Assembly (NCBI GenBank): GCA_964016885.1
Contig: OZ024742.1
Span: 226,858,001 to 226,922,000, forward strand
Direction: 5' to 3'
DNA from: Eledone cirrhosa
Taxonomy: Eukaryota
DNA: 64,000 bases
Numbering within the stretch: position 1 is the stretch's first letter; each line of letters begins with the position of its first letter. A program made the translations under genes and the position numbers. The notes beneath the pieces are model-generated. The model saw only the letters and a list, made by a program, of their open reading frames with translations, ran no database searches and was not told the DNA's origin. Shown here piece by piece: positions 1 to 14,499 of this stretch.

Positions 1-672
1 ATAGTTTACCTCTGATCCCACTACATCTTTTATGCATCCATATTTTGCATTTGGGACATAGAATGGAGTTTCTACCTACTCTTTTCTTACACACTGAACA
101 TGGCCATTTCCCAGAGGGTACCTGTGCCCTATTCTCCTTTCTGCCTACTAGAACCTTAGTCTTAGACAAGTTGACTCTAAGGCCTTTTGATTCTAGGCTA
201 TGTTTCCATGTTTGGAACTTCCTCTCTAGTTCAGCCATAGATTCAGCTATGAGAGTTAGATCATCTGCATATAGAAGTTCCCATGGGCAGCCAGTCTTAA
301 ACCCCTCTGTTATAACATGTAGGACAATAATAAACAGGAGGGGGCTAAGAATGGAGCCCTGGTGTACCCCTACCATTACGCTAAATTCATCACTATATTC
401 TTCGTTAATTCTAACCTTGCTGACTGTTCCTCTATACATGGCTTGTATAGCTCTCACAAGCCATTTTCCCACCTAGTTTTCTAAGAGCCCACTAGATTAA
501 GGTGTGTGGGACTCTGTCAAAAGCCTTCTCCAGGTCGAGGGGTTTACTGTTAGCCAGGTACTTCTCCTGCAATTGCTGTACAAGGAAAAGAGCATCCGTG
601 GTACTTTTACCTGGCACAAACCCAAATTGCATTTCATCTAGATCAATTTGGTCTCTGATCAGTTGAGTAACA
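1..672 (-). mobile_element. RTE-clade LINE RT fragment
   Basis: Minus strand reads MQFGFVPGKSTTDA, DLEKAFDRVP, GVHQGSILSPLLF, ELLYADDL, with disruptions; same subfamily as 32860..33990. Confidence 0.9.
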
Positions 673-1219
673 ATAATATATATATATATACGCATACATA
701 TATATGTGTGTGCATGTATATATATATATATAGTAAATTTATAGAAAAACACTTGCTGGGGTTTGGTGGGAAATTGTTTTTTTCCTGTGTTTTTAACTAA
801 TCTAACAATTCATTCACAATCAACTTTTTTTCTGAAAACAGAAATGGGTAGGTAGCAGGGAGCCTTTGTGTTTTCTTTACAGTAATGTTGTGTGTTTTCA
901 ATAAATCTGACTACTTTTAAAACTGTTGGAAATTATTTTTTATTTCACCATATCTCACATGAAATGTAGGAAGATTAGGGTGGCTAGGGTTTGGGTGGGG
1001 GTAGCAAAACCTCACTGAGATTGTTCCTAAGTTCTCAAATTAGTGCATATCAACAAACACCGACCTTTAACCTCAGTCAGCTTTAATTTAGATACCAGAA
1101 AAATTCCTTTATTTGAGCTAGCACTGTCCGGAGCAAGACCCAAAGCACATACTGAGAGTCATGTAAAATTTGTTGTTTATGTGAACACTCAGGCTTAATA
1201 TTAGTGTTTAGAGGGCGAT

Positions 1220-1437
1220 GAATTGACAGTATTGGTAGAGCATCGGTCAACATGCTTCGCAGCATAGAGTTACGTCCCTTTCCAATCTGCGTTCAAATCC
1301 TGCCTAGGTTAGCTTTGCCTTTCATCCTTACAGGGTCGATAAAATAAAGTACCAGTAATGCATTGGGGTTGATTTAATTGATTTTTTCCTACCCTCCAAA
1401 AAATTGTTGGCCTTATCCCTAAATCAGAAACTAATAT
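1220..1437 (+). mobile_element. tRNA-derived SINE family A
   Basis: A-box-like head, gttcaaatcc B box, core gcctttcatccttacggggtcgataaaataaagtaccag; other copies near 6785, 11235, 14895, 16105, 20826, 36790 and 61422. Confidence 0.85.
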
Positions 1438-1895
1438 TAGTGTGTTTAGAGGTTATGAACAATGAAGATGGCACCATTATGAAAAACAGTACATTCTGTG
1501 GAGTAGCTGGTGATAGGAAGAGAATTCAGCTGTAGAAACCATGGCAAAACTGGAACATACAAGTGAGATATGGTTCTTTAATGTTTTATACTTCAAACCA
1601 TGAGACCATGCCAAGAGGAAAAGTGGACTTAAATTATATAAAATGATGATGATGATTATATATGTGTGTGTGTATGGGTGTATACATATATTTATATATG
1701 TGTATGAATACATATATATGTTGCATGCATACACATATGTGTGTGTGTGTGCATGCATATACATGTGTGTGTGTGTGTCCATGCATATACATTTGTGTGC
1801 ATGTGTGCATGTATATACTACATATACATGCATGGGTGTATATTTATATTTAGATTACAATGTAGCATTAAAATAAAAAAAACACACAGTAAAGT

Positions 1896-1901
1896 TTTAT
1901 T
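1896..1901 (-). promoter_or_regulatory. candidate polyadenylation signal of CFAP90-like gene
   Basis: AATAAA on the minus strand about 95 nt after the stop codon; AT-rich context lowers specificity. Confidence 0.4.
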
Positions 1902-1994
1902 TAAATTCAACAAAAAGATTTTTAATAAAAAACAATGAAAATTTTTTTATGCCACTGATGTCTACAATTTCAGTCTTAATCAAAATTGAAGTAC

Positions 1995-2156
1995 TCAATA
2001 CTTGTGCAGTATATTTATATCATTGTTTCGATAAAATTCATTTTTCACCACGCTAATTTTAACGTGACTCCTTTCTGCTTCCTCAAATGGACCGATTTTC
2101 GTAGCACGATGGCCATATATTGAGGAAGAGCGACATGGCACAACTTTGGAAATTTC
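1995..2156 (-). CDS. CFAP90: CFAP90 (C5orf49)-like ciliary protein, terminal coding exon 3
   Basis: Strong acceptor (ttttattttattctaattttcag|GAA). Encodes EISKVVPCRSSSIYGHRATKIGPFEEAERSHVKISVVKNEFYRNNDINILHKY*, resembling the recalled human C5orf49 C-terminus (PVGVLTSSVYGKRINQPIEP...HVQADFYRKNDI). Joins in frame to 9884..9991. Confidence 0.88.
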   Translation of the reverse strand, partial: EISKVVPCRSSSIYGHRATKIGPFEEAERSHVKISVVKNEFYRNNDINILHKY

Positions 2157-2284
2157 CTGAAAATTAGAATAAAATAAAATAAAAAGAATCAAAAGTGCAG
2201 GCATATCCTCCTTGTCATAACATTATTATTTAACAACCTTTTTCCCTGTTAGCAAAGCTTGGACATGTATATATCATCATCATG

Positions 2285-3310
2285 ATCCTCATCATTTTAC
2301 GTTTGTTTTTTCATGTTTGCATGGATTGGACAGGTCCTTTTTAGCACAGCATCTCTACACTCACTGCGATCCTTAGTCATCTCTTCTTTGAGTTTCAACA
2401 ATTTGAGATTAGCTCTCACGACTTCCACCCAGGTTTTCCTTAGTCTTCCTCAATTGTGGTTTCCTTCAACTGGGATTTATTGCCACTTCTTTACCCATCG
2501 ATCATCATCCATGTGTATCATATGTCCATACCAATAGTCTTCTCTACAGCACACAACATCTAATTCCTCTTATACTCAGTTTTTCTCTCAGTTCATCCAT
2601 ACTTTGTCATTCATGCAATTAAAATTGCACATCCATTGAAGTATGTTCACTTCATTTTTCTCCGGCCTTCACATATCCTCTTCAAGTTACTGTCCACGTT
2701 TCACTACTATGCAGCATTACACATTGCCCACAGCCATCATACAGCTGACCTTTCATTCATAGGGAGAAACCTTTTGTTGTCAACAAGGGTAGAAGCTCTC
2801 TAAACTTCTTCCAACCTGTTTTTATTCTAACTATTATGCTCCTGGAACAACCTTCTCCATGGTTAATTAGATCACCTAGATAGCAGAAGCTATCAACCAC
2901 TTCTATGGATCCTACCCAACATACCCGTTAAAGTCGCCTGCAATGATTATGAATTCACTATCACTTATTAGGGAAGTGGTGTGCTTTAGGAATTCATAAA
3001 ACTTGTCTATTAGTTTGTCTCACAGTCTAGATTGAGGTGCATATGCAGATATAATTGTTACATTTGTTCTATTTAGGATTTGTCTAAGTTTAATGATTCT
3101 GTTGTTCACTTTATTTACCGTCTACTCATTTTTCTGCTAACAAATACCTACCCCACCTAGCCCATTGTCACTGCCCACCCAGAAAAATTGGTAGCATCGT
3201 TTTTTTGCTAACATTCATCTCCCTTTAGGGCTCTTGTACACAACACTCATCAATTTTCTTTCCTTCCAGCAGCTCTACAATCCCCCCGATTTTCCTTTCA
3301 TTGTGCTTAC
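2285..3310 (-). mobile_element. degenerate RTE LINE (endonuclease remnant joined to 3' end)
   Basis: Minus strand has ISAYAPQ-type APE motif near 3040, then VDSFCYLGDLI and the RTE 3' tail ending in (GAT)n. Confidence 0.75.
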
Positions 3311-3774
3311 ATTGATGTGCCAGCTCTGAAGTTATGGAGCTCTCTAGAAGAATGAGAGGAAGAAGATAAAAACTTTGGGAGGAGAGTGATAGATGAATTA
3401 GCGTTGGTTTTCCATGTTTGAAATAAAGAAGAGAGTTCACGTGGTTGGTTCATATTCATCTTTAGAAATGCTCCATGGTGTGTGTGTGTGTGTGTACAAG
3501 TGTGTGTGTGTACATGTGTGTGTACAAGCGTGTGAATGTACATGTGTGTGTGTGTGTGTGTCCTATACACACAACTATGAAGTGAATCAGTGCTGGACAC
3601 ATATCAACAATTTTATTTTCTGTTACAGACTTTCATATATAATTATTACCAGTTGTGGCTGTTGCATAACTGCAATACTCTGTTGTTACTGAAATGTACA
3701 TAAACATTTATATAATTATGTAATTACACAAACTAGTCTTAATGTTTATTCCTACATACATGTATATATATAGT

Positions 3775-4030
3775 GGAGGCATGTGGCCGAGTGGTAAAGG
3801 TGTTGGACTTACGATCATAATGTTGTGGGTTCGATACCTGGGTTGCGTGTTGTGTTCTTGAGCAAAACACTTCATTTCACGTTGCTCCAGTATACTCAGA
3901 TGAAAATGAGTACCAACAATAGCTGGAGGTTTAACCCTGCGATGGACTGGCGTCCTGTCCAGGGGGAAGTCTTGTACTTTCAGTCACTTCACACCATGAA
4001 ACCAGGATAAGCACTTCTGGCTTAAGGCAG
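3775..4030 (+). mobile_element. tRNA-derived SINE family B
   Basis: tggccgagtggt A box, ggttcgatacc B box, ttgagcaaaacacttcatttcacgttgctcc core; relatives at 10055, 37195, 37295 and 41440-41712 (-). Confidence 0.8.
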
Positions 4031-4089
4031 ACTTTAGACTTTTAGATATTAAAAAAAGCCCGCATAACTAAGTCTTTAGTTATGGATGT

Positions 4090-5643
4090 CTCTAATGAGA
4101 AGGAGAATGATTTGGTGGTAGAATAGTAGGGTGGATGATACAAATAAGGTCAAGAGATAGGCATGGAAAGAATGGCAGAATGGGGGGGAGTAGGGAACAT
4201 TACCAGAATGCTAGGAGAGGAGCTAGATGACAAGAATACTTTGCAAGAAAGGAAGCAGAAAATAAAATATTTAAGCATTTTTTGCTACGTATGGACCAAA
4301 TGTGTGAGGTGTTCGGAATTGCAAGGCAGTGTGTCAGGGAAAATGATGATATTGTTAGGCAGAAGTGTGATGAGATGATAATTGTGTACTTGCCCTCACT
4401 AATGTTGAAAAGAAAGTAGCATGGAAGTGCTTCTATGAAAGAATACTGAATGAAATAAATGCAAGGGAGAAAGACAGCTTACTCCGAGGAACCAGCAATA
4501 CAAGTCAGCAAAGGAGATGTTCTAGACAGAGAAAACTATAGAAGCATGAAGTTGATGGACCAGGTCATGAAGGTCTCAGAAAGTGATATAGTACAGCTGA
4601 TTAGGCACCAAGTTAATCTAGATGAGATGCAGTTTGTTATTTGTGCCAGGTAAAAGTACTACTGATGCCCTTTTCATTCTGAGGCAATTGCAGAAGTAGA
4701 TAGCTAAAAGTAAACTCCTCTACTACTAGATAGTGGATTGTGAGGACAGTATAAGCAATGTATAGAGAAGCAGTCAGCAAGGGTAGAATTAACAATGACT
4801 ATAGTGAAAAATTTAGTGTGCAGATAGGAGTCCATCAGGGCTCCGTTCTTAGCCCTCTCCAATTATTATCATCCTGCAGGCTATAACAGAAGAATTTAAG
4901 ACTGGCTGCCCATGGGAAATGGCCTTGCTCAGTGTGCAGGAAAAGAATGAGTTCTAAAAGTACAGTAGCCTGAGTGAGAACAGGATGGAGAAAGTTCAGA
5001 GAGCTACTACCACAGCTAAGTACAAAGGGTTTTTTTCCCTCAAAATAAAGGGCAAATTATGATGTGTGTATATGAACAGAATGCTGCATAGTAGTGAGAC
5101 CTGGGCACTGTGTGCTGAGGACTTTCGAAGATTGAAATAAATTAAGCTTGCAAGCTCCAATGGATGTGTAATAGTAATATACATGAATAGCAAAATGTAA
5201 ATGAACTGAGAAAGAGACTGTGCATAAGAGGAATCAGAGGCAATGTGCAGGAGAGGAGATTGTGGTGGTATGGACATGTGATGTGTATGAAGGATGACAG
5301 CTGTATAAAAAGGTGCAGGACTCTCAAACTCAAAGTTGATGAAAGCTATATGAGAGGAAAACCTAGGAAAGCTTGGGATGAGGTGATAAAAACTGACCTA
5401 ACCCAACTGTGCTTTTCACAGGCGATAACAGGGGCTTGATTTACGCTTTACCCTTCATGTATATTACTATTACACATCCATTAGAACATGCAAGCTTCAT
5501 TTCTTTCCAATCTTTGCTGGTCTTCGGCACACAGTGCCCAGTTCTCACTACCTTACAATATTGCTGTTCATATACATGCATCATACAATCTGCCCTTCAT
5601 ATTAAGGAAAAATCCTTTGGTAACTAACAGCGGTAGAAGCTCC
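4090..5643 (+). mobile_element. degenerate RTE LINE (+, about 4090-5420) followed by an oppositely oriented RTE fragment (-, about 5450-5643)
   Basis: KGDVLDRENYRSMKLMDQVMK, VHQGSVLSP and RRLWWYGHV motifs; the second piece is the reverse complement of the 5000-5190 region. Confidence 0.8.
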
Positions 5644-5856
5644 CAGGTGGACCATAACACACCAAAGTACTCGATACTTAGGGTAGTAGAGTGGGTAATA
5701 TGAAAAGAGGCCGACAGCTGAGTTCCAGCCGTTTCGACAGCTAGATCCAAACTGTTGGGATCTAGCTGTTGAAACAGCCAAAGCTCAGCCGTCAGGATTC
5801 TGACTATTTTCATATATATATCGTTGTCATTTATGCCTGTTGGCATGGTGATAGTG

Positions 5857-5899
<43 letters not shown>

Positions 5900-5960
5900 C
5901 AATAACATAGTTTCTAACTACCAAATTTTATGCATAAGGTATTAGTTGTGCAGAAATATA

Positions 5961-8142
5961 ACTAGCAATAAATAAACAGGCAACATCTAACAGATTGAGC
6001 ATAGCCAAACCTCAACTATCCATTATTACAACAACCAACAACAATAACAACATCCACCAGCGATTTTAGTAAAAGACAGAACTAAACGAGAAGAATCTAT
6101 CGAGATGTTGAATTCAATGAGAAAATGTCAGTGGTGTCCATTCTTGTAAATGGCAAATTTGCTGAAGTACCATTGTCCACTGGAAGAATGTCCATTTAGA
6201 TTTATATATTGTTACTTTTTCAACTGGAGGATGGCTGGCAGAAGAAACATTGAAAATGGAAATCAATAATTTTGTCTCCATTCCAGTCTGGATTAACAGA
6301 GGATCTCATTTTTGTTTGATGTATAGAGTCCAGTTTTTATTTTATTTTATTTTATTTTATTTTATTTTATTTTATTTATTTATTTATTTTTTGAAAATTA
6401 CTACACAGACATAGTCTTGTATACTGATTGTGAAAAATCAGAACCATTTTTGAAGAGATTATCAGTAAGAAAAAAAGCTACAGCTTTTTTAAAGTTTCCA
6501 TTTTAACCCTTTAGCATTTAAACTGGCCATCTCAGGCCAGAATTCTCTCACCTCTTTCTGTTCAAACTGGCTGTAACCAGCTGCTCATACTGATGTTAAG
6601 GTATTGTTCTCAAAATAAATAATAACAAAATCTCATAGCTTCGATATTATGTGAGATAAAGCCTTTACCATGAAAACACAATAGTAAATATAAAGTAATG
6701 TAAATGCTAAAGGGTTAAAGTAATTTTAGCCAATCAAATCCATCCATTTTCTACACCTTCGTTAAGTGAGTGGCACAATAACAATAATGGCTTCTAGTAT
6801 AGACACAAGGCCAGCAATTTTGGGGGAGGAGGGGAACGTCAATTAAATCGACCCCAGTACGTTAGTGGTACTTTATTTTATCGGCCCTGTAAGGTGAAAG
6901 GCAAAGTTAACCTCGGAGGGATTTGAACTAAGATCGTAAAGGGCCGTAACTCTATGCTGCAAAGCATGGCCTCCGACCCTCTACCTTTATGGCCAAACAA
7001 TAACAACAAAACCTATTATTGTAAGTGACAACAACAAATGACCAGTCAGTGGCTGGCTACGAAACAAAATACAATCCTCCAGACAAGTAAAGATGAAGGT
7101 TCAACTACTCTGACAACAAAAACAACAAAGGATGAATCAAATCATCATCATCATCATCATCATTATCATAATTTTACATCTGTTTTCCATGCTGACACGA
7201 GTTGGACAGGTTGTCAAAGTCTGAAACAAGCCATGGTAGGATAACCATGTCTTGTTCATACATACCATATTTTGGTATGGTTTCTACAGATGGATGACCA
7301 TTTTTGTCAACCCCTTGGGATCCTTTGTCAAACATTCTATTCTGTCTTGTCTCAGGCCGTGCTAACCTGCCCAACCCATGTCAGCCAGCATAGAATAACG
7401 ATCGTGATGATTATGTCTACTCTTCCCTCTGACTGTCTGTCTATAGCATGTATGAAAGGACCTGTAACTCATGATGGTGTCATAGAAGTACTGTAGTGAC
7501 ATATGTGTTTTGGGCATTTTAAACCTGGCAGAATCCATTCCTCTTCAGGTCTGAACATAGCTGATTTCTTCCAGAGAAGGTGAGAGAAAGTGTGTGTGTG
7601 ATAGAGAGAAAGTGAGAAATAGATCTAGAGGAAGAATTAACCCCAGTACTGGACCGGTACTTTGAAAGGTTAAAAGGTAAAGTTGACCTTGGTTGGATTG
7701 GAACTCAGAGTACAGAGAACTGGAATGAATACTACAAAGTATTCTATCTGACATTCTAATGACTGCCAATTCGCCACCTTGTCTATTACTAGCAACCAAA
7801 AATAATTAAAAAAACATACAACAGGTTGAGCATAGCCAAACCTCAACTATCCATTACTACAACAACTGCAACAACAACAACAACAACATCCAACAGCGAG
7901 TTTGGTAAAAGATAAACCAGACAGAACTAAACGAGAAGAATCTATCGAGATGTTGAATTCAATGAGAAAATGTCAGTGGTGTCCATTCTTGTAAATGGCA
8001 AATTTGCTGAAGTACCATTGTCCACTGGAAGAATGTCCATTTAGATTTATATATTGTTACTTCTTCAACTGGAGGATGGCTGGCAGAAGAAACATTGAAA
8101 ATGGAAATCAATAATTTTGTCTCCATTCCAGTCTGGATTAAC
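5961..8142. repeat. direct duplication of about 330 bp (5961-6298 and 7788-8142)
   Basis: Near-identical ttgagcatagccaaacctc...ccagtctggattaaca blocks. Confidence 0.92.
6503..6718 (-). mobile_element. piggyBac-type MITE (TTAA-CCCTTTAGCATTTA termini)
   Basis: TTAA at both ends, TIR ccctttagcattta/taaatgctaaaggg. Confidence 0.85.
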
Positions 8143-9024
8143 ATAATATTATTGCCTTCTTTTAGTACAGCTCTAGGTTAGTTACAGCAACAACAACATA
8201 GAAACAACAACAGCATGGAGAAGACATTTAGGTGGTCATTAGAGTGAAGAGGTAGTGGTGGTGGGCATTGTAGTGGGGGAAATGGTGGTGATGGGCATTG
8301 TAGTGGGGAAGTGATGGTGGTGATGTTTAAGTTGATGTTAGTGGTGTTGGTGATGGAGGCAGATACTCATGGTCATTGTAGTGAGGAGGAGCTACTGGTG
8401 GTGGTGGTGGAGCATTGTAATGGTGGGAGTGGTGGTGGTGGTGGGAAATATTATCATCATCATCATGATTATTTAATGACTGTTTTCCCATACTGGCATG
8501 ATTGGATATCTAGGTGGTTATTGTAGTGGGAGAAGGAACAGGATGGCATCTGTGTGTGTGGGGTGGGGGGTGGGGGGTGACATTCAGTTGGCAATTGAAG
8601 AGAAGTGGCTGGGCGGAGGTGGTGGTGCAGTAGAAGATGATAGATTTGCAATACAAACTTGAAAACCATTCAGTCATACTTACAGAGGTAAACTTCAGAT
8701 ATATGTAATGGCAGTGAATGCGTGTTGCTACTCCTGTATTGTCAGAAACAACAGATATATGTGCCATTTCATTCCTTATTGTCAGTCAGGTGACATAGGT
8801 GAATAATAAGCCCCCATCCCACCCTTTTGGTCATGACTGACCATGGGTATGCACCTGGAAAATTCCTCTTGCCTTGGCAAGATGCTTTAAGACCAGCAGT
8901 TAGCCATGCTTGCCAGTCTTGCCTCTCCACATCACTGATATTGTCCAAGAGAAAGGCAAAGGCTGATATAGCTTAGCACTAGTGTCATTGCAACTCCTAT
9001 ATACACTATACATATATCATCATC

Positions 9025-9520
9025 ATCATTTTATGTCCACTTTTCCCTGCTTGCAAGGGTGGGACGGGTCCTATTCAGCACAGCATCTCTCCATTCATCA
9101 TGGTCCTTCGTCATCAGCTATGTGAGCTTCAGTGATCTGAGGTCAGCTCTCAACACCTCCACCCATGATTTTCGTGGTCTTCCTCTACTGCGTCTTCCTT
9201 CCAGTGGCATTTCTTTGCACTTTTTTACCCAGCGGTCATCCTCCATACGCATCACATGTCCATACCAATCCAGTTTCTCTCCCACATACTACAGTTTATC
9301 CCTCTTATACACAGTTTCTCTCTCAACACATCTATGCTTGGTCGTTCACGCACATTGATATTGCACATCCATCGGAGCATGCTTGCTTCATTTCTCTCCA
9401 GCCGTCGCATATCCTCCGCAGTTACTGCCCATGCCTCACTACCATGCAGCATCGTGCATCTCACATAGGCATCATATAACCGGCCTTTTGTTCGTAGGGA
9501 GAAACCCTTCTTTGTCAACA
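9025..9520 (-). mobile_element. RTE LINE 3' fragment
   Basis: KGFSLRTKGRLYDAYVRCTMLHGSEAW...RLERNEASMLRWMC, then tail and (GAT)n. Confidence 0.88.
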
Positions 9521-9639
9521 TATATATCACTGCATATATATGCATTGTCCATATGATATTGTCCAAGAGAAAGGCAAAGGCCGATACAGCTTGTCATCAC
9601 AACTCATATATACATTATACTTTCTTTCAATTTCTCTCG

Positions 9640-9687
<48 letters not shown>

Positions 9688-9883
9688 CCCATATGATGTT
9701 GTCCAAGAGAAAGGTAAGCGGTAATACAGCTTGGCACGAGTTTGTTTTTTTCCAGCTGAGTGGAACAGATACAATGTGAAATATGGTGCCACTTGGTCTT
9801 GGAATCAAATTCCCAACCTTTCATTTGTGACCCCAACTCACTAAACACTAAGCTCTACGACAGAAATGAAATCCAATACTTAC

Positions 9884-9991
9884 TTCCTCACCAATCCGTA
9901 ATCCCTCCAGTTTACTAAATCTTCTGTCATCTCGGTGTGCTTTGATGTTTAGTTCATTACTGGTGTTACACAGGGACAATGGTTGTTTTTC
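9884..9991 (-). CDS. CFAP90: CFAP90 (C5orf49)-like ciliary protein, coding exon 2
   Basis: 108 nt, ttccctttgttccag|...|gtaagt, phase 0/0. Encodes EKQPLSLCNTSNELNIKAHRDDRRFSKLEGLRIGEE, compare recalled KLHRDDREHAKSLGLHVNEE. Confidence 0.88.
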
Positions 9992-12894
9992 CTGGAACAA
10001 AGGGAAATAATCAGTTACTTACTATGTATGTCAGTCAATTGTACAACACGTATAGGGACGGTGTGTAGCTTAGTGGTTAGGGTGTTTGGCTCACGTTTGT
10101 ATGGTTCTGTGTGCAATTTCCAGACTGAACGACATATTGAGTTGTAGAGCAAGACACTTTATTTCACATTGCCCCAGTCAACTGAGCTAGGAAAAAATGA
10201 GTTGTACTTGTGATTCAAAAGCCCAGCCATGTCCCACACAGTGTCATGCTGAATCTCACTGAGAACTATGTTCAGGGTTCAAATGTCTGCAGAATGCTCA
10301 GCCACTTGCATGTTAATTTCGCAAGCAGGCTGTTCCATTGATTGAACAACTGGAATACTTATTGTCAGAATTGATAGAGGTCCAATACCCATACACTTAA
10401 ACACAAACATACATGTACACCACTCTTTATATATCTTCAGTTAAATATCCAGTAATATACACTAGTACAACGCATGCAGGGCTGGTGCCTGTATATTCAA
10501 AACCCTAGACTAACTATAGTAAAATAATTTCATAAGCTGACAAACCTAGTTTTTGACATCTCTTGCTCTGTTTACACTATGAAAATTGCTAAACTAGCAT
10601 TTTCCAATACACAGTCCACACTCACCCATACCAAATCATGTTACAGGTCATGATAATACCATACAACCCTCTCCACCACTTTGGATATTTTTACAATGCT
10701 GATATACAACAAAGATGGTCAGTGATTTATTTATTGATCACAGGAAATTATCATATATCTAAATTAATTATACTAATTTGTATACACCTTTGATCCTTTA
10801 AGATTCAGTAATTCAGCCCACTGAGGTGACTGCTTAGATGGTCATGATATTAATGCCAACCATGTATACAGAGTCATGTAATGGGCAAGCCTAGGAAGAC
10901 TTGGGATGAGGTAATAAAAGCTGGACCACCCCTCCCAAGTTCCCAACCCCCTCCATTAAATAATCCTCCCCTGGAGCCATTACAAAAGAGCCCAGTCCAC
11001 ACTATATAGTGGTTGTGTAGGTGTCATGACAAAAAGAACCCACTCCACACTGTAAACGTGGTTGGTGTTAGGAAGGGCATCCAGCCGTAGAAATCATGCC
11101 AAAATCAGTTGTGTGAGCAAATCATGGTGCCCCAGCCTGACCTTTCACAAAGGGACAGCCCTTCTTACCCATGCTAGCATGAAAGATGGACGTTAAATGA
11201 TGATGATATATATATACAATGTATATATTTATATAATTGTTTCTACTTTAGGCACAAGGCCAGCAATTACCCAGTGCATTACTGGTACTTTATTTTATCG
11301 ACCCCGTAAGGATGAAAGGCAAAGTCAACCTCGGCAGGATTTGAACTCAGATTGTAAAGGGACGTAACTACGCTGGAAAGCATGGCGTCCGACCCTCTAC
11401 TGATACTGCCAATCCACCGCCATTCATGTATATATTTATATAATGGCTGCATCTTGGTTTCAAGAATTGACCTTTTTCTTATTAGCCCAACAAGGACCCA
11501 GATTCCTTTCTGCATATAATGCAGTGAAAGAAAAGAAAAAGCCATGCTCACACAACATGTGAAAGTCGTTTAGATCAAGTGATGCAGATGCAGATGCTTG
11601 AAGCTTTTGTAAATGAAGAAAAGCTTTGCACTGAAGTAATCTCTGAACAACTGTGACAGTTATCCAAAAAGAAGAACAAGTCAACATCATTGGCTGCCAT
11701 TGAGTTGCAGATTTTAAATCAGAGTTTTCCTTCTAAAATGATGTCCTATCAAGGAGTCTCTCATTTACAGTGGGCTAACTGCATATATTGATTGCTGGAC
11801 ATTTTTATATATAATTTAATTATACAAATTGTATAAAACTGTGATCCTTTATGGTTCAGTAATGTACCTTGTTTGTTTTAATGGTAGCACCAGCCTTGTA
11901 CACACATATATATATACCAGTCTTTAAGTACCTACAAGTAAACATCCAGTAATATACACATGTATAACACATACACACACCATTCTCTAATTATTCATGG
12001 TTATATAGTGATATACACATGTACAAACCACAGTATACCATCTTCATTTAATGTCCATTTTCTTACATAGATTGGGTAGGTCATCACAGACGATGTCAGC
12101 ACTTGAGCCACTGATCTCTTAGATGGACCAACACATAAATTCCTACAGTCTATAGAGTAATAAATGCCATGTAATAGTGACACCAACAATAGGGATGTTG
12201 TCATGTCTTTGACACAACTAAAGAGCCCTCTCTACCCTTTGTTTGGCAAGTTTTCTATGGCTGGATGCCCTTCCTCTTGTAAATTACATTACATAATGTG
12301 CATGGTGTGTTTAATTATGTCACTAACATATTCTAAATATAGCATTAAGTCATCGATAGAGTGATATCCCCTTAATACATAATGCAGTGTCAAGGGAAGC
12401 AATTCATAAAAATTTCTAGCGTGCTAAAGACTAAGAAATACAGGGTGAATCATTAGTAACCATGCAGTCAATGCATTTTTATTGTAAGGTTCACAATGTA
12501 TTGAGGAACTGGGTCAGCTTTTCAAACACTCTCTGTAATTATATTTTTTAACTACTTTTGTTTGATGTATTAATAATTTCATACTGTATGGCTAGAATCT
12601 TAGTAAATATTATCATTTGGAATATAAATATTGGACTCCCAGTTACTTATGACTCACCCTGTATTAAAAAAAAACATACAAAAACACTGATTAAAATTAT
12701 TAACATTTTTTCAGATTCAGTTCTATGGATGAAAACTGGAACCACTGCCACCACCACCACCACCACCACCACCACAGCCTGAAGTTACTAAGAACAATTC
12801 CTGACTATTATATGGTGTGGATTATCTGCAACACCCTAGCCAACTGAAGCTTTGTCCTGAAGACCAACAATGAACAGAAACAGACTGCATCACC

Positions 12895-13260
12895 TTCATA
12901 ATGGCGTACAAGACTCATGACTATCCCCATGTTATTCAATCTGTACATCAGTGACCATACTCCAAACAACATCATATCAGTATGGCTAGGCAGATGACCT
13001 CCCTCTTCTCCACTCTAATAGAGTCTGGACTATTGTAGAGTGTACTAACAGCAGACATGACTCAACTGGCAACATATTTCAAGATCTGGAGATTGAAGCT
13101 GAGCATGGGAAAGATGACTGCAACATCATTCTACCAGAATACTAAGGAGGCCAAACATCAGCTCACCATTAACCTCCATGACATACCCCTCTCATATAAC
13201 CCCACACTGATTTATCTCGGAGTGAAATTGGACCAACAGCCAACCTACAGACAGCACCTA
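12895..13260 (+). mobile_element. non-LTR retrotransposon RT/thumb fragment (non-RTE, I/Jockey-group-like)
   Basis: PMLFNLYISD, YG*ADDL, WRLKLS...YLGVKLD motifs with disruptions. Confidence 0.7.
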
Positions 13261-13783
13261 AAATATTCAATTTTGAGTTTGTCATTTGTTAAATTCATTT
13301 ATTCATATATAATTAAGTACTATATATATTATTTGAGTGTGTGTGTGTGTGTGTGTATAGACTCATCCAACCCTTGTTAGCAGGGAAAGTGGATGTTAAA
13401 TGTTGATTGATGATGATATATATATAACTTATGTGTAAAAGTGTCTATGAGGAACAACCTTCTATGCCGCTTGGCAGGTTCATCATGGTTTGCTGCACAT
13501 TCACCCTACATACCAGTGGCCTAGCCTTGATACACCTCCCCTGCATGGTGCAGGAACTCCCAAACTAAGAAGTTTAATTAATAAAACACTGTTGATAAAA
13601 TGACCAAGTCAACACAGGCAGGATTTGAACTCACAATACTAGAAGGACGAAATTATGTCTTTGTCCAACATTTGATTGTCCCAACAAACTCATTATCATC
13701 CCTGTTGCACAAGGGATCAATATTATTGATTGGACTTATTGAACTAGAAAGCTAACACATGCAGCAGAGATATTGTGTGTGCT

Positions 13784-14460
<677 letters not shown>

Positions 14461-14499
14461 ATGCACACACCATATGTTTATGCTTCTCTTCCTTGTGGT

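Noticed and set aside
45-476. ORFs antisense to RTE fragments (also 33092, 39047, 40332, 62740-63343, 63407)
   Set aside because: Shadow frames of LINE coding sequence
3775-3850. tRNA gene-like sequences at SINE heads
   Set aside because: A/B boxes run straight into repeated SINE bodies; no complete cloverleaf with acceptor stem
11443-11740. Coding-looking stretch (RLDQVMQMQMLEAFVNEEKLCTEV...)
   Set aside because: Internal stops, no splice sites, no family recognised
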